Of a DNA stretch of 64,000 nucleotides, positions 39,311 through 48,118 are shown piece after piece. The DNA is from Candidatus Heimdallarchaeota archaeon (GTDB lineage: Archaea; Asgardarchaeota; Heimdallarchaeia; Heimdallarchaeales; Heimdallarchaeaceae). The position numbers were made by a program, and so were the translations under genes. The notes below the pieces were generated by a model. That model was not told the DNA's origin and searched no databases. It saw only the letters and a program-made list of their open reading frames with translations. The first letter of the stretch is position 1. Each line of letters opens with the position of its first letter. The DNA lies in NCBI GenBank assembly GCA_019057815.1, contig JAHLWR010000014.1, forward strand, positions 1 to 64,000, read 5' to 3'.

Positions 39311-39865
39311 TCACTTATTTTCATAACCCTTCATTCTAGATATTAAATCAGTCAAAATTCTTTCTGTTACACCCCATATTTTGAAATCTTTAACTTGATA
39401 GTAGTTGGTTTCTATTCCATCTATATTTCCAGAAATATAATTTTCTTGATCTATCAAATGTGCAAGAGTAACACAGAAAACTAAGTCCACTTCTGAGGGG
39501 TTTATCGTTATTGTCGCATTTTTGTCTACTAATCCTACATAAGGATAAACCAAATGCTTGCTATTTGTGATTATAGGATTTAAACGACCTAATAATCTTA
39601 TTTTTGATGAGTTTATTCCTACTTCTTCCTCAGTCTCACGTAAACAAGTTTCTACTAGATTCTTATCAGATTCATCAAATCTTCCGCCAGGAAACGCTAT
39701 TTGCCCTTGATGCTGTTTCAGATTTTCAGTCCTTTTAGTAAAAAGGATTTTATCTTTTTCATAGAAGTACGGGATCAGTACTGCTGCCAGTCTTAATTCA
39801 GTTTCAGTCTTAATAGGAGCATCTATTGGTTCGAGAATTTGTTCAATATTGTTAACCCTACTCAC
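39311..39865 (-). CDS. CoA pyrophosphatase-type Nudix hydrolase
   Basis: AAVLIP, LFTKR...HQGQIAFPGG, LRETEEEVG, IWGVT. Confidence 0.92.
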   Translation of the reverse strand: MSRVNNIEQILEPIDAPIKTETELRLAAVLIPYFYEKDKILFTKRTENLKQHQGQIAFPGGRFDESDKNLVETCLRETEEEVGINSSKIRLLGRLNPIITNSKHLVYPYVGLVDKNATITINPSEVDLVFCVTLAHLIDQENYISGNIDGIETNYYQVKDFKIWGVTERILTDLISRMKGYENK

Positions 39866-39984
39866 TTAATTTACCTCCAAGCAGTATCAGTTTTTGTTTT
39901 TCTAAGTAAAAGTAAATATCAACATTACTATAGAAGATTGAAAAAAACTAAAAAATTGTGAAGAGAAAAATGTAAAAGATAGGG

Positions 39985-40614
39985 TTAGAATGTAGCTCTT
40001 ATGTCTTCATCCAATTTATGGACTTTCTCTTCAACATTTTCAAGAAGGCTTTCAAGTTCCTTATACTTACTATTTGCCCATTCAGCATCTTTAGTTTTGA
40101 TGAAACCTAAGTTGATTTCAACATTATGAACAGCTGATTTTAAGCCAGTCAAAGCACAGAGAGCTCCTACAGCTATATCAGAAAGAGCGTTCTTATTCCC
40201 TTTAGTACCCATTTCATTAAGCAGATCTATCACTTCTCTGCATGCTCTACAAGTATCCATAGGAACTTCAGCTGCTTTCTTGTACTCTTCTAAAATTTTA
40301 GCTGAACGTGTAGCTTTTTGTTCTTCAGTATCTTTAGGTAATCTAAAAGAGTTTATAACACCTGTAAAAGCATTAGCGTCCAAATCGACTAATTCTGTGA
40401 GTTTTTTACGTAATTTTTCAGTTTCTGCAATTTTAACCTTGAAAAAATCCTCAACTTCTGCATATTCTTCCTTTCCAATGGTTAAATTAGCAACCATACT
40501 TCCTAGAGCAGCACCCATTGCTCCTGCAATTGCTGCAGCTGACCCTCCACCAGGTGCAGGGCTATTAGAAGCAAGTTCATCCAAAAAATCTGTTATTTTT
40601 TTATCTATTAACAT
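39985..40614 (-). CDS. Formiminotetrahydrofolate cyclodeaminase (FTCD C-terminal domain)
   Basis: LASNSPAPGGGSAAA, SMVANLTIGK, GNKNALSD, NVEINL. Confidence 0.92.
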   Translation of the reverse strand: MLIDKKITDFLDELASNSPAPGGGSAAAIAGAMGAALGSMVANLTIGKEEYAEVEDFFKVKIAETEKLRKKLTELVDLDANAFTGVINSFRLPKDTEEQKATRSAKILEEYKKAAEVPMDTCRACREVIDLLNEMGTKGNKNALSDIAVGALCALTGLKSAVHNVEINLGFIKTKDAEWANSKYKELESLLENVEEKVHKLDEDIRATF

Positions 40615-40624
40615 CTAATTCACC

Positions 40625-41524
40625 TTATTCATAAATACGTTTTTCTATAATCTGTTTTCGCTCAAAATTATTCAATTGAAGGTAATATTCAGCAGCTTCT
40701 AGTAAAGCGTCTAAAGGAATCATACCATATACTTCGGATTCAGTAACATTTACTCCAAAACGCGCAGCTTCTGTTTTAACCATGTCGAAGACTCTATTAA
40801 GAGGAGTTCCTTTAAAATCAGTAATATTCATCGATACTTGAACGCAATTTTTTTCTTCAATGTTCATAGCACCAGCTTGTATGTATCTCAATCCTCCACC
40901 ACTATGTCTAATATTCTTAGCTATCGCTTTAGCGATACCCATATCAGTTGTATCAAGGTATATATTGTAAGCTATTAGAAACTCTCTTGCTCCAATATTT
41001 GTTGCTCCAGATTTAGGTAAGTCTTTAGGTCCATAATCAGGTTCATAAACAGGATCTTCAATAATTGCCTCTTTTAACTGCTCATATTGAAAAGATTTAG
41101 TTCTATATTTTTGAAGAACTTCCCTACTTGGGTTCTTAGCGGCTGCACCATAAAGATAGGTTGGAATCTTAAGTTCATCCCCTATTTTCTTAGCTAACTT
41201 TTCAGCTAATTCAGCACATTCTTCGAGTGAAATATCTGAAATGGGAATAAACGGAATAACATCTGTAGCTCCAAAACGGTTGTGTTCTCCTTTTTGTTCG
41301 TCCATATCAATAAGTTGAGCTGCTTTCTTACATCCAGCAAAAGCTGCATCTAAACAAGCTTCAGGTTCTCCTACGAAAGATATAACAGCTCGATTATGAT
41401 CAGGGTCCATTCGAGAATCAAGAAGCTTAATTTTGCCTCCTTTTTCTATAGCTTCAACGATTTGATCTACTACTTCTTTGCGTTTTCCTTCACTAAAATT
41501 GGGGACACATTCAACGATAGGCAT
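40625..41524 (-). CDS. ftcD: Glutamate formimidoyltransferase
   Basis: IVECVPNFSEG, DPDHNRAV, GATDVIPFIP, GAREFLIAYN, QVSMN. Confidence 0.95.
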   Translation of the reverse strand: MPIVECVPNFSEGKRKEVVDQIVEAIEKGGKIKLLDSRMDPDHNRAVISFVGEPEACLDAAFAGCKKAAQLIDMDEQKGEHNRFGATDVIPFIPISDISLEECAELAEKLAKKIGDELKIPTYLYGAAAKNPSREVLQKYRTKSFQYEQLKEAIIEDPVYEPDYGPKDLPKSGATNIGAREFLIAYNIYLDTTDMGIAKAIAKNIRHSGGGLRYIQAGAMNIEEKNCVQVSMNITDFKGTPLNRVFDMVKTEAARFGVNVTESEVYGMIPLDALLEAAEYYLQLNNFERKQIIEKRIYE

Positions 41525-41640
41525 ATACTCACCTTAAATATTTTGAAAAGATTTCGTTTTAAAGTTTACTTATTGGTACTTAATAAAAATAATTCTTTCT
41601 AATGAAAAAAATAGGAAGAAGAATGAAAAAATAAGGAAAG

Positions 41641-42948
41641 TTAAAACGTTTTAAGAACATCGATTAAGATATTTAATCCTTCATCTATTTCATCTTTCTC
41701 AATATTCAAGGCAGGACGGAAGCGAATCGTCTTCTCTCCACATGCTAAAATCATTAATTGTTTATCCATTGCTTTATTTTGAATATCATCTCTTATTTTT
41801 TTGGAAGGCAGATCAAAAGCTATCATCAAACCTTTACCCCTAGTATTAGAGATAAGTTCAGGAAAGTCAGTCTGAATCTCGAATAGATGATTGAGCATAT
41901 AAGAACCGTTTTTATCAGATTTGTCAACTAAATCTTCTTTTTCTATAATCTCAAGATATTTCTGAGCCCTTACCATATCAACTAAATTTCCACCAAAAGT
42001 GCTATTAATACGACTTGATTCCTCAAAAACGTTATTCTCTACCTCTTTGATTCTATTTGATGCTAGAATCCCACTAACTTGCATTTTCTTACCAAAAGCA
42101 ATGATATCAGGTTTAGCTTTTTCACCAAAGTGTTCATAACACCAGAATTTTCCTGTCATACCGATACCAGTTTGAATCTCGTCATAAATCAACAGAATTT
42201 CTTTTTCATCGGCAATCTTACGTAATTCCTCAAAAAACTCTTTACGTAAGTGATTATCACCACCTTCACTTTGAATGGGTTCAATTAATATCGCAGCAAT
42301 GTCGTTGCCATATTGGTCTATAGACGCATTTATTTGATTCAAACTTTTTTGTTCAGCTTGTTTAACTTCATCTAAGTGTTGCTCAAGTGGGAAGGTTATA
42401 GCAGGAGATAAAACTCTAGGCCAATCAAATTTGGGGAAATATTTAGTTTTTCTTGGATCAAAAGTGTTAGTTAAACTTAATGTGTAACCACTTCGTCCAT
42501 GGAATGCCTGTTCAAAGTGTATAATCTTTGAACCTACTTCTTTTTCGATTCCTTTTTCAAAGTTCTTTCGAACTTTCCAATCAAAAGAGGCTTTCAGAGC
42601 ATTTTCAACAGCTAAAGCTCCACCACTGATTAAAAAGAGATTAGGTAGAAAACTAGGTATACCAATACGACCAAAAGTATCAACAAAATCTGCCATTTCA
42701 TCAGTATAGAAATCTGAACTACTAGGTTTATTAACAGAAACATAAGCAAGTTTGTCCAAAAACTCTTCTGATACCATTTCAGGATGATTAAAACCTATGG
42801 GAGAAGAAGCAAAAAACGAGAAGAAGTCTAAGTATGTTTTGCCACTTTTCTTATCGTATAATCTACAACCCTTGCTTTTCTGTAAATCAAGAATCATTGA
42901 GAAGCCATCAACAAGCATATATTTTTTTAATTTCTCTAAAGCATCCAT
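41641..42948 (-). CDS. lat: L-lysine 6-transaminase (class III PLP aminotransferase)
   Basis: LDFFSFFAS, GALAVENALKASFDWK, FHGRSGYTLSLTNT, FPKFDWPR, AFGKKMQ, SRINSTFGG. Confidence 0.92.
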   Translation of the reverse strand: MDALEKLKKYMLVDGFSMILDLQKSKGCRLYDKKSGKTYLDFFSFFASSPIGFNHPEMVSEEFLDKLAYVSVNKPSSSDFYTDEMADFVDTFGRIGIPSFLPNLFLISGGALAVENALKASFDWKVRKNFEKGIEKEVGSKIIHFEQAFHGRSGYTLSLTNTFDPRKTKYFPKFDWPRVLSPAITFPLEQHLDEVKQAEQKSLNQINASIDQYGNDIAAILIEPIQSEGGDNHLRKEFFEELRKIADEKEILLIYDEIQTGIGMTGKFWCYEHFGEKAKPDIIAFGKKMQVSGILASNRIKEVENNVFEESSRINSTFGGNLVDMVRAQKYLEIIEKEDLVDKSDKNGSYMLNHLFEIQTDFPELISNTRGKGLMIAFDLPSKKIRDDIQNKAMDKQLMILACGEKTIRFRPALNIEKDEIDEGLNILIDVLKTF

Positions 42949-43145
42949 TTCAAAATCTCCTTTCTTTGAAAGAAAAGATAAAGCCTTTTTAAATTGTACT
43001 CATGCGTCATTAGAAAAGAGAGAAATGTTGTATTATATATTCTTGAGCTCCTTTCTTCTCTTTACAGAACTGATATTATAGTTAGGATAGGTTTGGTAGA
43101 AATTACATTTTATTAGCTGAGAAAGCTCACAGTTTAATTGCAACT

Positions 43146-44768
43146 CTATATTCTTAGAATTTTTCCTTCCAGAACTTCTTGCAGTTTTCCTTTCTCTACA
43201 GTAATCTTACCATTTACGATAACATAATCTATTCCTGTCGAGAATCTATGAGGTTCTTCATATGTAGCTTCATCTTTAACAGTTTCAGGATCGAATATTA
43301 CTATATCCGCCCAGTAGTTTTCTTTTATTAGTCCACGTTCTTCTAAATCCAGTTTCTTCGCTGGGAATCCAGTCATCTTCCAGATTGCTTCTTCTAATGA
43401 CAACCATTTTTCTTCTCTTACAAATTTACCTAGCACTCTTGGGAATGTTCCATAAAATCTAGGATGGGGTTTACCATGACTTAAAGGACCTTCGGGAGAA
43501 ACACCTGAACCATCGGTTGAGACCATACTATATTCACTTGTCATAATCCTTTTGATATCTTCTTCTCCCATACTTTCGATTGTTATCCAAACCGCACCTT
43601 TCTCGTCACTAATTATACTAAAGAGAGTTTCATAATCATCTTTAAGATTTCGTATTTTTGTTATTTCAGCAATGCTTTTTCCTTCAATGTCTAACCATTT
43701 ATCAGTTTTAACCGAAGCAATGAAGATATTCTCAAAACCTTGATGTTTAGCAAAGTTCTCTTGATCTGTTAATCCTTCTTCCATCTCGTTTTTGATTTTC
43801 TCTCTATTCTTTGCATCATCTAATCTTTCAAGTATTGATTCAATTCCACCAACGTGAACCCAAGGAGGGAGAATAGTGATAAGAGAAGTCATACTTCTAT
43901 TGTAGGGGTATTGATCACAAGTTATGTCCAATCCTCTTTGATTTGCTTCATGAATAATCTGTAATGTTTTCTTACTTAATCCCCAATTAGTTATACCTGA
44001 AGCTTTATGGTGAGCAATTTGTCCGCTCTTACAACCTGACGCTTCAACAATACGAATAAACTCTTCTACAGCTTTAACAACTTTTGCACCCTCATCGCGG
44101 ATATGGGAGAAGTATATTCTATTATATTTAGCAACTATCTTAGCGAGTTCAATCACTTCATCTGTCTTAGCATAAACTTGAGGAGAATATATTAAGCCTG
44201 TACTCATACCAAAAGCTCCAGACTGCAAAGCTTCTTCGACATAGGATTGCATTTTAATTAATTCTTCAGAGGTTGGTGGACGATCTTCATAACCTGGTCC
44301 CCCAGCAAGGCGGATAGCGCCAAAACCGACAAAAGGAACAATATTCATAGAACATTTACCTTTCTCCAGTTCTTTCAAATAATCTTCAAAACTCCTCCAA
44401 GACAGATCAATTTCAACACCTGGAGGACTCCACATGTCAACTTCTTTTTTGAAAAGATCAAAGGTTTCGTCACTGATAGGTGCAAGTGAAATACCGCATT
44501 GTCCCACAGCAGCTGTTGTTATACCTTGAGTAATCATGGATTCAAGCTTGTTGCTGATTGGAATATTGCTGTCAGAATGACTGTGAATATCAATAAATCC
44601 TGGAGCAATAATTAACCCTTTTGCATCAATTACTATGGTTGCTTTATCAGAGATTACTTTTTTAATTTTGGTTATTTTTCCTTCTTTAATCGCTAAATCT
44701 GATAAATAGGGAGGATTACCTGTACCATCAACAATTCTTCCATTGTTTATAACAATATCATAAACCAT
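43146..44768 (-). CDS. N-acyl-D-amino-acid deacylase (amidohydrolase family)
   Basis: PGFIDIHSHSD, QGITT, SHIRDE, PHPRFYGTFPR, ADIVIFD. Confidence 0.92.
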   Translation of the reverse strand: MVYDIVINNGRIVDGTGNPPYLSDLAIKEGKITKIKKVISDKATIVIDAKGLIIAPGFIDIHSHSDSNIPISNKLESMITQGITTAAVGQCGISLAPISDETFDLFKKEVDMWSPPGVEIDLSWRSFEDYLKELEKGKCSMNIVPFVGFGAIRLAGGPGYEDRPPTSEELIKMQSYVEEALQSGAFGMSTGLIYSPQVYAKTDEVIELAKIVAKYNRIYFSHIRDEGAKVVKAVEEFIRIVEASGCKSGQIAHHKASGITNWGLSKKTLQIIHEANQRGLDITCDQYPYNRSMTSLITILPPWVHVGGIESILERLDDAKNREKIKNEMEEGLTDQENFAKHQGFENIFIASVKTDKWLDIEGKSIAEITKIRNLKDDYETLFSIISDEKGAVWITIESMGEEDIKRIMTSEYSMVSTDGSGVSPEGPLSHGKPHPRFYGTFPRVLGKFVREEKWLSLEEAIWKMTGFPAKKLDLEERGLIKENYWADIVIFDPETVKDEATYEEPHRFSTGIDYVIVNGKITVEKGKLQEVLEGKILRI

Positions 44769-44864
44769 TTTACTCGAGTGAATTCACCCAACATCGTTTA
44801 TAACTGTTCCTTCTTCCTTCAGACTAACTAAAATAGAATAACTGGAAATAACAAACATGAGTTA

Positions 44865-45075
44865 TTTTCCCCACTTTCCCCAGATTGAAGGGTAGTGGAA
44901 GACAATTTTGAGGACTCTGCCCAACCCAGGAGCGTTTAAGGGAGCATCGCTTAAAGCAGTAGTTTAGGGAGTTTCAAGCTCTGGGATTACACCTCCAACA
45001 CACAGTGTTAGCGGAGGTGAGAGGGTTCATCTCCTCACCGGGACTCATTACTGGAGACAGTGTTATTGAGAACCT
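44865..45075 (-). ncRNA. Predicted omega-RNA (reRNA) scaffold plus guide of TnpB
   Basis: Hairpins GGTGAG..CTCACC, CCTCC..GGAGG and CCCAG..CTGGG. An internal TTGAA can pair with the terminal TTCAA. The guide would be TCTGGGGAAAGTGGGGAAAA. The 5' end is uncertain. Confidence 0.65.
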
Positions 45076-46553
45076 TAGGCTCTCACTCCAGCTCCGGGGG
45101 TAAGCAGATGACTCTGCTTCGTCTGTAGCCATTGGCTCAAGACAGGGAAGACACGAAAAGAAATGAGTGGAAAAAACTTTCCACTAACTTGGTCTTTAAT
45201 GGAGTTGTATTTTGGTTGCAGAACATATTTTATCAGTCTTTTAGCAATATTCTTCGCCCCATTCAAGTCTGCATTAAGGTTGTACCCACAGGTATGGCAG
45301 ATGAATGTTGGTTGGTTGGGACGGATAGTGTGATAGGATCCACAACGCGAACAATAAGAAGATGTTCCCGATTCACCTATTGCTAGTATCCTGTGCTCCT
45401 CCCATCCTTGTAAAGAGAGCTTGAATTTCAGCAATTCTACCACTCTCCTATAATTCCATTTGTGGACATTTTTACGAGAGTGAGGGTAGAGATTACCCCT
45501 ATAATGACTCTTGCGGATATGAAGGGGGAAGCCTACCACTACATAGAGGTCATATCTCTTGCCAACAGAGAGAATATACTTTACTAACTTGTTGACATAG
45601 GTGTGGTCGGTTAGTTGATGTTCTGTTCTTTGGCGCTTTCTGAGCGATTTAAGTTGGTGGAGAAGACTGTCTCTCTTGTTTACATTCAAACTATGTTTAG
45701 CACTAATTTTCTGCAGTTTAGCGATCTTTCTTTCAGTTTCCTTTAGTAGTTTTTTTCGTGTCTTATCAGACCAGAATCTGATCTCATGACGATTGATAGC
45801 TCCTTTCGGAGTTAACAGTGCACTTACTGCACGCTTGTTGATTCCTAGGTCTATCCCCAGCACAGCTGGAGGACGAGAAGAAGAGTATTTATCTGGAACA
45901 TGAAGCAAGATGAAATGTACCCACCACTCCTTCTTCTTGGGATAGCAGAGCACTTCTAGTGCCTGTAATTTCCCCTGATTTAGGTTATGTTCATGATAAG
46001 GTGAACAAGCTAAAGGTAACCACAATTTCTCGTGTTTGTGAGTGTTGTTCTTCTTTGTATCGAAGGAGTCTCTTATCCCCACCCACCATCGGGCAATGGA
46101 GTTGGAAGGAGAACAAGTAAGAATAAACCTTTTAGCATGTGATAGCTGTGTCCGGGGGATTTTTTTAAGTGTAGGATCTTTAGCAGGCGCTGAGTTATTT
46201 GCTTGTTGACTGTGGTAGATGGCTACAGCGTTCTCTCTACATTCTTGGAACTCATTCTGAGAGCAGCGTGGAAAGCTCTTTTTAAAATCGTGTCTAACTG
46301 TAGGGCGATTGGGTAATTTATTCATCTTGCATGTTGTAAGCGTAAGATGGTCTAGTTTTGCTTTACTCACCTTCTTCTTACCCTTCTTTGTTATTGCTAT
46401 TTGCTCTTCATTGTGGTATATTACTTTGAGGTACTGTTTGATTATTCTCGTGTCTCTCCCCGTAATCTGTTCCAGTCTTTTTCTTTTCCGTGTTGTGATC
46501 ACTTCTGCTTTCACTCTCACTTTTACAGTCGTTCTCACCCCACTTCTCGTCAT
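45075..46553 (-). CDS. tnpB: RNA-guided endonuclease TnpB with rearranged RuvC-II
   Basis: RuvC-I LGIDLGI; RuvC-II region YVVVGFP (no Glu); IGESGTSSYCSRC...CHTC Zn finger; RuvC-III NADLNGAKNI. Confidence 0.92.
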   Translation of the reverse strand: MTRSGVRTTVKVRVKAEVITTRKRKRLEQITGRDTRIIKQYLKVIYHNEEQIAITKKGKKKVSKAKLDHLTLTTCKMNKLPNRPTVRHDFKKSFPRCSQNEFQECRENAVAIYHSQQANNSAPAKDPTLKKIPRTQLSHAKRFILTCSPSNSIARWWVGIRDSFDTKKNNTHKHEKLWLPLACSPYHEHNLNQGKLQALEVLCYPKKKEWWVHFILLHVPDKYSSSRPPAVLGIDLGINKRAVSALLTPKGAINRHEIRFWSDKTRKKLLKETERKIAKLQKISAKHSLNVNKRDSLLHQLKSLRKRQRTEHQLTDHTYVNKLVKYILSVGKRYDLYVVVGFPLHIRKSHYRGNLYPHSRKNVHKWNYRRVVELLKFKLSLQGWEEHRILAIGESGTSSYCSRCGSYHTIRPNQPTFICHTCGYNLNADLNGAKNIAKRLIKYVLQPKYNSIKDQVSGKFFPLISFRVFPVLSQWLQTKQSHLLTPGAGVRA

Positions 46554-46797
46554 TCTAGGATCATTACTTATGTTAGATTTCCCTATAAAAAGTTAACTCA
46601 AATGTGGGGAAAGCGGGGAAAATTTACCATGCTTACATTACTATTCAAAAAAAATAAGATGTTTTTAGTTATGCAGAAATAGATGAAAGAGAAGAATAGT
46701 TATCTTCTTTTTTTCAGAAAAAAAGTTAAGCTTATTCCTCCAACTACAATAACTAACCCAGCAATGTAATATAATATGTGTTGGATTTGTTCAATTG

Positions 46798-46831
46798 CAG
46801 AACAGTAGTGTTCTGGAAAGGGGTTTATTAG
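46798..46831 (+). promoter_or_regulatory. Inverted-repeat operator upstream of BRE/TATA
   Basis: CAGAACA-gtag-TGTTCTG (46798-815), then GAAAGGGG-TTTATTA, about 25 nt before ATG 46852. Confidence 0.5.
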
Positions 46832-46851
46832 GGAGCAAGATATGGATTAAA

Positions 46852-47604
46852 ATGAGTATCATGAAAATTAAACCAGTCCACAAAAGCATTATTTTTGGAA
46901 TAGTAACAGCTTTAATAGCAACTTCATTAGTAGTAGGAGTTTATTTTGGAGTAACTTCTCGTGATAATAATCAGTTATTGCCCCCTTTCGAATGGGATTT
47001 CTCCTCAATAAAGAACCTTTCATTACAAATGAGTGAACGTTCAGAGTATATTTTAGCAACATCCATAGAAACTAACATAAATGACAGTAGTGGTATGTTG
47101 ACTTCTTATTTCAATCATTCAGTTCATTCGATCTATAGTTGGTATAATACTGAAACAGGAGAATGGATGTTGGTAATAAACGATTACCTCAATAACAGTC
47201 TGGATTATGATAAAATTTACAAAATCCAACCAGATATTTTAAGTCCATTTTATCTTGCCCTAAATACAGATCTTCAGACAATACAGAACCAAGTAGACAT
47301 AAGCGAGAATTACTGGGAAGAACTGAGAGCAAAAGAGTCTGCAATCCTCTCTATAACTATAACACATGCTTATCAAGATGGAACAAGGATTGTTATAGTT
47401 GCTTTTGAAAACACTATTTTTGTAAACCTCATAAGTTTTATAGAGTATCATGGTGATTTCGATAATTGGGGTGTAAAAATAGACCCTAAAGCAGAATTTG
47501 AAAATGGTAAGGTTAAGTACGATGTTTTCTACAAGGCAGATATTCCTGAGTTCTTACCAAATTATACAAATGCAACTAATGCGTTTTTAGAACTATTTTA
47601 CTGA
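46852..47604 (+). CDS. Hypothetical membrane-anchored exported protein
   Basis: N-terminal TM IIFGIVTALIATSLVVGVYFGV. Start moved from 46795 to ATG 46852 on promoter position. Confidence 0.6.
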   Translation: MSIMKIKPVHKSIIFGIVTALIATSLVVGVYFGVTSRDNNQLLPPFEWDFSSIKNLSLQMSERSEYILATSIETNINDSSGMLTSYFNHSVHSIYSWYNTETGEWMLVINDYLNNSLDYDKIYKIQPDILSPFYLALNTDLQTIQNQVDISENYWEELRAKESAILSITITHAYQDGTRIVIVAFENTIFVNLISFIEYHGDFDNWGVKIDPKAEFENGKVKYDVFYKADIPEFLPNYTNATNAFLELFY

Positions 47605-47626
47605 ATTTTCCAAAAAGAGTGATGCA

Positions 47627-48118
47627 ATGAGTAAGCAAACAGAAACCAAATTCGAGCAAATACTTGAAAATCCGATCACACTAAAGCTTTTCATTTTCTT
47701 AAAATCAAAAAATCCTGAAAGTGTAGGAATACGTGAAGTAATGAGAGCAACCAAAATGAAAAGCTCAAGCACAGTAAGTCGGCATCTAGAAACAATGGAT
47801 GAAATCGGGCTAGTTCAAAAACTCCCATCAAATAGATACATTTTGACTTCTAAAGGGTTGTCACTACGAAGTTTCCAAGTACCAGTAAAATTAACCGCAA
47901 ACCTAGTTAAAGGAAACTTTGTCACAATCTCCACCTATCAAATCAGTTTTTTAATAATGATGAGTCTTTCGACATTTATACTAATTTGGTATGATATATT
48001 CCTTGCAGCAATAAATGGATTAGTAGGGCTAATCATTGGATTGTTAATAAGTTTGAAAAATTGGTTCACAATTAAAAAACAAATGAAGACTTATAGAGAT
48101 ATTAATAATGATCATTAG
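47627..48118 (+). CDS. Winged-HTH regulator with two C-terminal TM helices
   Basis: VGIREVMRATKMKSSSTVSRHLETMDEIGLVQK, followed by hydrophobic helices. Confidence 0.8.
   Translation: MSKQTETKFEQILENPITLKLFIFLKSKNPESVGIREVMRATKMKSSSTVSRHLETMDEIGLVQKLPSNRYILTSKGLSLRSFQVPVKLTANLVKGNFVTISTYQISFLIMMSLSTFILIWYDIFLAAINGLVGLIIGLLISLKNWFTIKKQMKTYRDINNDH

Larger units (their letters stand above)
44856..46631 (-). mobile_element. Non-autonomous TnpB-only element with flanking inverted repeats (IS200/IS605-like core about 44885-46597)
   Basis: tnpB without tnpA, visibly GC-richer than its flanks. Right end ...CCCTTCAA at 44885. ATTTTCCCCRCTTTCCCCA inverted at 44864-82 and 46605-23 (18/19), each 4 nt inside a CATG. 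Confidence 0.75.

Noticed and set aside
45075-46553. Catalytically dead TnpB (TldR) because RuvC-II Glu is missing
   Set aside because: A relocated Glu (IGESGTS) and both Asp residues are present, which fits the rearranged active class.
44780-46700. Cas12f/CRISPR system
   Set aside because: No repeat-spacer array or cas1/2/4 near the RuvC gene. The repeats are one inverted pair and the 3' region looks like an omega-RNA.
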